Source of the DNA: Tagaea sp.
Lineage (GTDB): Bacteria > Pseudomonadota > Alphaproteobacteria > CACIAM-22H2
Length of the DNA stretch: 64,000 nt
Assembly: GCA_965279525.1 (NCBI GenBank)
Contig: CBDIIB010000004.1
Coordinates: 192,001 to 256,000 of the forward strand
Direction: 5' to 3'
Position 1 is the stretch's first letter, and every line of letters starts with the position of its first letter. Positions 59,187 to 64,000 of the stretch are shown here, in pieces. The position numbers and the translations under genes are program-made. The notes under the pieces were generated by a model. It was not told the DNA's origin and made no database searches. It saw only the letters and a program-made list of their open reading frames with translations.

Positions 59187-60437
59187 TCAGACGGATCGGT
59201 TGCTTCGCCGCCATCCGCGCCGACTATTGCCCCGTATGAACCACAGCCACGCCAAGACTTGCAACCCGGTCGCGACCGATAGTGCAATAGTATGCCCTGT
59301 TGCCGGTTCAGACTGAAACATGTTCAGGATTTCGCCGACAGACCACTGCACCGCGAAGGCGGTAAAAAATACCACAAGATTTATCGCCGCGTTGACCCGC
59401 CCCGCCATTTCCGGCGGCGCCTGCTGGGTCAGCACCGCGTAGCCCACGACCGTACCGCAGCCGAGAAAGCCGAACGCGGTCCATGCAAGCAGCGGCAGTC
59501 CGGTCCAGCCCGCCGCCAGCGGTATCTGAAGCAGGATGAAAAGAGCGGAGTAGACGGCGAACGAACTCGCCGTCGGAATTCCGCGCGCGGCAAGTCTGTC
59601 TGCCAATGCCCCCAAGATCGGATAACTGAACGCCATCGCACCGGTCACCAGTGCCATGCCCAGTGCCGCACCTGTTCGATCCAGTCCCGCGACGTCGCGC
59701 AACCAAGGCCCGGCCCAGAGCGTCTGATAGGCGAGGTACGTGCCGTGCGAGATCCCGGTGAGGGCCGTGATGCGCCAGAACGATCCGCTCGCGAGCAGGT
59801 CCGCGATCCCGCGGGCCTGCCTGGCGAGGGTCGTGCGGACGGCAACGGGCGGCGGATCGGGCGAAACGAACCAGATGCATGCAGCCACACCGACGGTCGC
59901 GACGGCCATGATCGCGATGATGCCTCGCCAGTCGGTGACACCCAGCATCCATTCGACGGGAATGGTCGCGCTGACGGCACCAAGGCCGCCGAACCCCATC
60001 AGCAGACCGTTGGCAAGCGGCAGCCGCTCGATCGGCCAGAAAAGCGTATTGGCCTTGAACGCGGCCATCAGACACGAAGACACTCCAAGTCCGATCAGCG
60101 CGCGTCCGACCAGCAGCTCGCCGGCGCTTTGCGCCTGGGCGAAAATGATCGCGCCCGCTGCCGCAATGCACAACAAGGCAGCCTCCGTGCGACGCGGCCC
60201 CCAGCGGTCGAGCGCGATCCCGAGCGGAAGCTGGGCCAGTGCGAAAGTCGCGAAGTAGGCGGAAGTGATCGCACCGTACGCCGCCGGATCGAGCGCAAGT
60301 TCGCCGGACAGGTCCGGACCGATCGCGGCGTTAACCGCCCGAAACGCGTAGGAGAGAAAGTATCCGGCCGCAAAGGGCAGGAAACAGCACGCCACGCGTG
60401 CGGTGAAGTTCGGGGGGGCCGATCTCAAGGGATTCAA
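59187..60437 (-). CDS. MFS transporter
   Basis: GIALDRWGPRR motif A, GRALIGLG, about 12 TM helices; TTG start overlapping the upstream stop. Confidence 0.9.
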   Translation of the reverse strand: MNPLRSAPPNFTARVACCFLPFAAGYFLSYAFRAVNAAIGPDLSGELALDPAAYGAITSAYFATFALAQLPLGIALDRWGPRRTEAALLCIAAAGAIIFAQAQSAGELLVGRALIGLGVSSCLMAAFKANTLFWPIERLPLANGLLMGFGGLGAVSATIPVEWMLGVTDWRGIIAIMAVATVGVAACIWFVSPDPPPVAVRTTLARQARGIADLLASGSFWRITALTGISHGTYLAYQTLWAGPWLRDVAGLDRTGAALGMALVTGAMAFSYPILGALADRLAARGIPTASSFAVYSALFILLQIPLAAGWTGLPLLAWTAFGFLGCGTVVGYAVLTQQAPPEMAGRVNAAINLVVFFTAFAVQWSVGEILNMFQSEPATGHTIALSVATGLQVLAWLWFIRGNSRRGWRRSNRSV

Positions 60438-60769
60438 GCCGCTTCGAAAAGTCCGCGGCCCTTGTCGGTGAGTTTGCAGACCAGCCAGTCCGGCTTGGTC
60501 GGGTTCGCATACCAAGGCTCGCACCAGCCCTTTTCGATGCAGGCCTTCACGGTCCGGTGGTCGACGCGTTTGGCTTCTTCGAGAAACAGCGGAAGCTTGC
60601 CGCCAGGCTGCTGCAGACCGCGTGCGAGCCATGCGCGCTGGAATGCGGTCGGCTCTCCCGGAGCGGGCGGAAGGCCTTTCGGCCGACGCTCGCCGTCGCG
60701 GTGCGGAGCAGGTGGATCGTCGAATCCGGATATGCGGCGCACCGGGAAGGGGATGGGGGAACCGGTCAT
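60434..60769 (-). CDS. Conserved hypothetical protein
   Basis: QPGGKLPLF...CIEKGWCEPWYANPTKPDWLVCKLTDKG; possible winged-helix-like C-terminus. Confidence 0.7.
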   Translation of the reverse strand: MTGSPIPFPVRRISGFDDPPAPHRDGERRPKGLPPAPGEPTAFQRAWLARGLQQPGGKLPLFLEEAKRVDHRTVKACIEKGWCEPWYANPTKPDWLVCKLTDKGRGLFEAA

Positions 60770-61209
60770 TTTTCTTTCGTTCTGGAAGTCTTGCGGCACT
60801 TTAGACCCGAAGCTGCGTTTCGCCAAGTTCAGGGCTCGAAACGCACTCCGGCTTGGTCAATGGCTATCCAAGAACGTCGATTAAGATCGACAAACAGCTT
60901 TTGGTGGAGCATTTTCGTAGTCGAAATCGGGGGGCATGTTGGCCATACAAAGGCCCCAAAGTGGTGGAATTCTGCGTACGACGGAATCTCTGAAGCAGCC
61001 CGTGCGTCCTGCTCCATCGTGCGATTGACCGATATTCGGTAAAAAATTCATGTCTCGATTTGAACCCAATTGGGGGTTCTGTCTTGCTACAGGTTCGCAG
61101 CCGAAGCGGGTACTACTATTGTGCGCCAAATTTGTTGTGTCGAAGATACAAAGAAGGGTAAAACTCGAGGGTACCCGCGTTTTGATTCGTCTATTCAAGG
61201 AGCCCTAAG

Positions 61210-61647
61210 ATGAGCAGTTCCGACTTAACCTCTCGCGTGAAGCCGAAGCGCCGCCGTTCGCGCGCCGAGACACGCCGGACGACACCGGTCGATGTCCAGG
61301 TCGGTCGCAACGTCCGCCGGCGGCGCATCGAGTTGGGGATGTCGCAGACGGCGCTCGCGCAGGCTTGCGGGATCACGTTCCAGCAGATCCAGAAGTACGA
61401 GAACGGCGCCAACCGCGTTTCCGCCTCGAGGCTTTGGCAGTTCGCTGCCGTCCTCGGTGTCCAGGTCGTCTTTTTCTTCGAGGGGCTGGGCTCGCCGAAG
61501 ACGGAGATGAAGGGATCGGTTCCGAGCAAGGCGGAACGCAAGATCGACGATGAAACCGCCAAGATCGCGCGCAAGATCGCGTCGATTCAGGACGAGCGGC
61601 TCAAGAAACGTCTGAAGACGATGCTTGCGGCGCTCGCCGCAAAGTAA
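61210..61647 (+). CDS. XRE-family HTH transcriptional regulator
   Basis: AAGGAG RBS; VDVQVGRNVRRRR...GITFQQIQKYENGANRVSASRL, an alphaproteobacterial XRE signature. Confidence 0.92.
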   Translation: MSSSDLTSRVKPKRRRSRAETRRTTPVDVQVGRNVRRRRIELGMSQTALAQACGITFQQIQKYENGANRVSASRLWQFAAVLGVQVVFFFEGLGSPKTEMKGSVPSKAERKIDDETAKIARKIASIQDERLKKRLKTMLAALAAK

Positions 61648-61660
61648 TCGAAACGGGACC

Positions 61661-61693
61661 GGGCGGACGGCGCTATTCGCGCGACGTCCGCCC
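61661..61693. terminator. Hairpin between the convergent XRE genes
   Basis: GGGCGGACG...CGTCCGCCC stem; U-tracts weak. Confidence 0.5.
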
Positions 61694-61713
61694 GCCTTCC
61701 TGAAATCCGGCGA

Positions 61714-62103
61714 CTATTCCGTCCGCAATTGATTGTCGTCCATGCGTGCGTTCTGCACGCCGGACTCGTCCGGCTGGGAAGCGCTCTGTCCGCCTTCAAG
61801 CTGGGCAACGCGCGCCATCAGGACTTCGATCTGGAAGTCGAGTTTTCGCGTCGTCTCGGGCGCAAGCGGCAGATCGAACACTTCGGCGACGAAGCGATGC
61901 CGGTCGTGCCAGTCGTTGCGACGCAAGGCCGCGCATGCGGCGATGCGATCGATCATCTGGGCATCGATCTTGCGCGTTCGCCCGCCGAATATCCGCTCAA
62001 GCGTATCCGCGTGGATGCCGCACATTCGTGCGGCGTCCTTTATGCTGATTCCCCGCTTGGCCATTGCGGCCCGAAGGTTTTCGATCAGGTTCGTGTCGGA
62101 CAT
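61714..62103 (-). CDS. XRE/Cro-like HTH domain protein
   Basis: GGAG RBS; NLRAAMAKRGISIKDAARMCGIHADTLERIFGG HTH; C-terminal coiled coil. Confidence 0.75.
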   Translation of the reverse strand: MSDTNLIENLRAAMAKRGISIKDAARMCGIHADTLERIFGGRTRKIDAQMIDRIAACAALRRNDWHDRHRFVAEVFDLPLAPETTRKLDFQIEVLMARVAQLEGGQSASQPDESGVQNARMDDNQLRTE

Positions 62104-62487
62104 TTTTGCTCCATGGTTCCGGCCGAAACCGGCGGAGTCTTAGATTGTATCGTCCACTCGACGAGTTCCAGAGATTCGAGCGATTCGAATCTAGCCGGTA
62201 ACCCTCTCGGCAGTCACGCGTCAACGTGTGCAGGACCGCCTTTTGTGTCACCAGACAATTCGCTCCTACGGGAATTGCCGGTAGTCGACTTTTTCTCCAG
62301 GTGTCCCCGTACAATTGTAGAAGTCCATGTATGTCCATATGAAAACAATGCTGTTCGGGACAATTCGCTTTCCAGAACCGCGATATTTCCGACGTTGCAC
62401 ATTTGCGCTTACAAGGCGGTGGAAGTGCTCTGGGCCTGTCCTTTTGTATTCGTCGAACGCGACGTTTACCCATTACAGGAGAGCAAA

Positions 62488-62874
62488 ATGACAACGGACA
62501 ACATGGCCCGCGCGCTCCGCCCGCGGAACCCGAGTGCGGAAATCGGTACCCTCGACCCGCATGCGATGCCGGCGAGACAAGCACGCGTGCAGCCGCCCGC
62601 GCTCGTCGAGACGGTGGATCCCCAGGCGGCCGGTGGCGGAAAGGCGGCCAAGCCGCAGTATCCCTGCATCGAGATCACGCCGCGAAGCGTCTGGATCGGG
62701 TCGCGCCGTACATCGATCCGGCTGGAGCCGGAATTCTGGACCGCTCTGGGTGAAATCTCCCGCGAGCAGCGCTCGACCATTTCCGGCGTCCTGCTGGATA
62801 TCGAGCGAATCCACGGCCGCAGCCGGTTCGCATCGAAGGTCCGCGTCGCGATCCTGGCTTACTACCGCCGCTGA
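62488..62874 (+). CDS. Ribbon-helix-helix (RHH_4) domain protein
   Basis: AGGAG RBS; RSVWIGSRRTSIRLEPEFWTALGEI...SKVRVAILAYY. Confidence 0.88.
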   Translation: MTTDNMARALRPRNPSAEIGTLDPHAMPARQARVQPPALVETVDPQAAGGGKAAKPQYPCIEITPRSVWIGSRRTSIRLEPEFWTALGEISREQRSTISGVLLDIERIHGRSRFASKVRVAILAYYRR

Positions 62875-62887
62875 TGCTCCACAGCGT

Positions 62888-62937
62888 CGGGCGGGTGAAC
62901 CCTCTGATTCAACTGTGAATCAGGGGTTGCCCGCCCG
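62888..62937. repeat. 50-bp imperfect palindrome with two GANTC sites
   Basis: CGGGCGGGTGAACCCTCTGATTCA-ACTG-TGAATCAGGGGTTGCCCGCCCG. Confidence 0.65.
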
Positions 62938-63006
62938 GCCCGGAGCTTGTCAGGCAACATTTGTGTTGTTGCCTGACCTCCAGAGCCACCGCATCCTCGC
63001 GGGACA

Positions 63007-64000
63007 ATGGCTCAGACAAATCAAAGCATGGCATCACCGCAGCTGGCCCAGTCGTTCTCGAACGTCGGGCACGCCTATTCGCATCTGCTGACGATGCTTT
63101 TCCCGACCGTCGTGATCGCCCTCGAGAGAAGCTGGGGCTTGAGCTATGGCGAGCTGATCACGCTGATGCTCGCCGGCCAGATCCTGTTCGGTGCCGCGGC
63201 GCTTCCGGCGGGCTGGATCGGCGATCGCTGGTCGGCCGTGGGCATGATGGTCGTCTATTTCATCGGGACGGGAGCCGCTGCCGTCGCGACAGGTGCGGCG
63301 CGATCGCCGTTCGAAGTGGCGCTCGGGTTGGCGGCGATCGGCCTGTTCGCCTCGATCTACCATCCCGTCGGAATGGCCTGGCTGGTGCGCACGGCGGTCA
63401 ACCGGGGGCGGGCGCTGGGCGTGAACGGCGTCTATGGCGCCGTCGGAATTGCGCTTGGCCCGTTCGTCGCCGGCGTTCTGACCGACACGATCTCGTGGCG
63501 GGCGGCCTTCATCATTCCGGGCCTCACGTCCGTCGCGATCGGTCTGGCGTTACTTGTCTGCGCTCGGCAGGGGCGGGTCGTCGATACCGCCCGCGATGTC
63601 AAGCCGACGCCCGAGCCGTCGCAGGGCGATGCCGTGCGCGCGTTCATCCTGCTTTCCTTCACGATGACGCTGGTCGGCCTGATCGGGTCGAGTTTCATGA
63701 TCATGCTGCCCAAGCTGTTTGCCGATCGGCTCGCGGACATCACCGACGGCGGTGCTCTGGGGGCGGGCGCTCTCGTCACGCTCGTCTATCTGTTCGGCGC
63801 GACGGCACAGTATTTCGGCGGCCTTCTGGCGGACCGGTATCCGATGAAGCGGGTCTATGTCGTCGCCTTTGCCATCCAGGCACCGGCACTTGCCTTTGCG
63901 GCCTATCTTGAATCGTGGCCGCTGCTGGCCGTCGCGGTGACGATGGTTTTCGTCAATGTCGGAGCACTTCCGGCGGAAAACGGCATGCTCGCCCATTTCA
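63007..64000 (+). CDS. MFS transporter, Fsr-like (partial; 3' end outside window)
   Basis: Not in the ORF track. Manual translation MAQTNQSMASPQLAQSFSNVGHAYSHLLTMLFP...PAGWIGDRWS...ASIYHPVG. Confidence 0.9.
   Translation, partial: MAQTNQSMASPQLAQSFSNVGHAYSHLLTMLFPTVVIALERSWGLSYGELITLMLAGQILFGAAALPAGWIGDRWSAVGMMVVYFIGTGAAAVATGAARSPFEVALGLAAIGLFASIYHPVGMAWLVRTAVNRGRALGVNGVYGAVGIALGPFVAGVLTDTISWRAAFIIPGLTSVAIGLALLVCARQGRVVDTARDVKPTPEPSQGDAVRAFILLSFTMTLVGLIGSSFMIMLPKLFADRLADITDGGALGAGALVTLVYLFGATAQYFGGLLADRYPMKRVYVVAFAIQAPALAFAAYLESWPLLAVAVTMVFVNVGALPAENGMLAHF

Noticed and set aside
60829-61198. Short ORFs (62 aa and 105 aa) in the lower-GC gap upstream of the XRE gene
   Set aside because: Atypical composition and no recognisable motifs; treated as intergenic regulatory DNA.
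61210-62874. Prophage or toxin-antitoxin call for the XRE/RHH genes
   Set aside because: No integrase, att/tRNA site, structural gene or toxin domain is nearby.

Overview
GC-rich bacterial chromosomal DNA, most likely from an alphaproteobacterium (Rhodospirillales-like; inferred from gene families, not from a search). About 65 CDS, with both window ends truncating a gene. I found no rRNA, tRNA, CRISPR array, transposase or phage structural gene. Layout: (1) 1-12080, minus strand: a catabolic block with a LIV-type ABC transporter, a stand-alone GAF protein, two tandem paralogous amidohydrolases and a Pot-type ABC transporter, behind a sigma-54-like promoter. (2) An HD-domain PhnZ/MIOX-like protein and a Dpp/Opp ABC transporter. 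(3) A ureidoglycolate-lyase-like cupin, orphan soxYZ, an AT-rich structured element carrying a boxA antiterminator-like motif, and an ArsR-SRPBCC pair. (4) A PgtC-like ABC system, a Gfo/Idh/MocA oxidoreductase, and a DeoR-associated cluster: choline-kinase-like phosphotransferase, GlpA-like FAD/[2Fe-2S] dehydrogenase plus partner flavoprotein, an uncharacterised phosphate-binding TIM barrel, and a divergent sn-glycerol-1-phosphate dehydrogenase homolog. This cluster is the best candidate for an undescribed pathway. (5) CueR box-copA-selO-DsbD_2, then FNR box-ccoNOQPGHIS and SulP. (6) zwf-edd-hexR-greB. (7) A hybrid histidine kinase/response regulator, hypothetical proteins, two MFS transporters and an XRE/XRE/RHH regulator cluster with GANTC-rich palindromes. 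All calls come from motif recognition by eye; no database searches were run.
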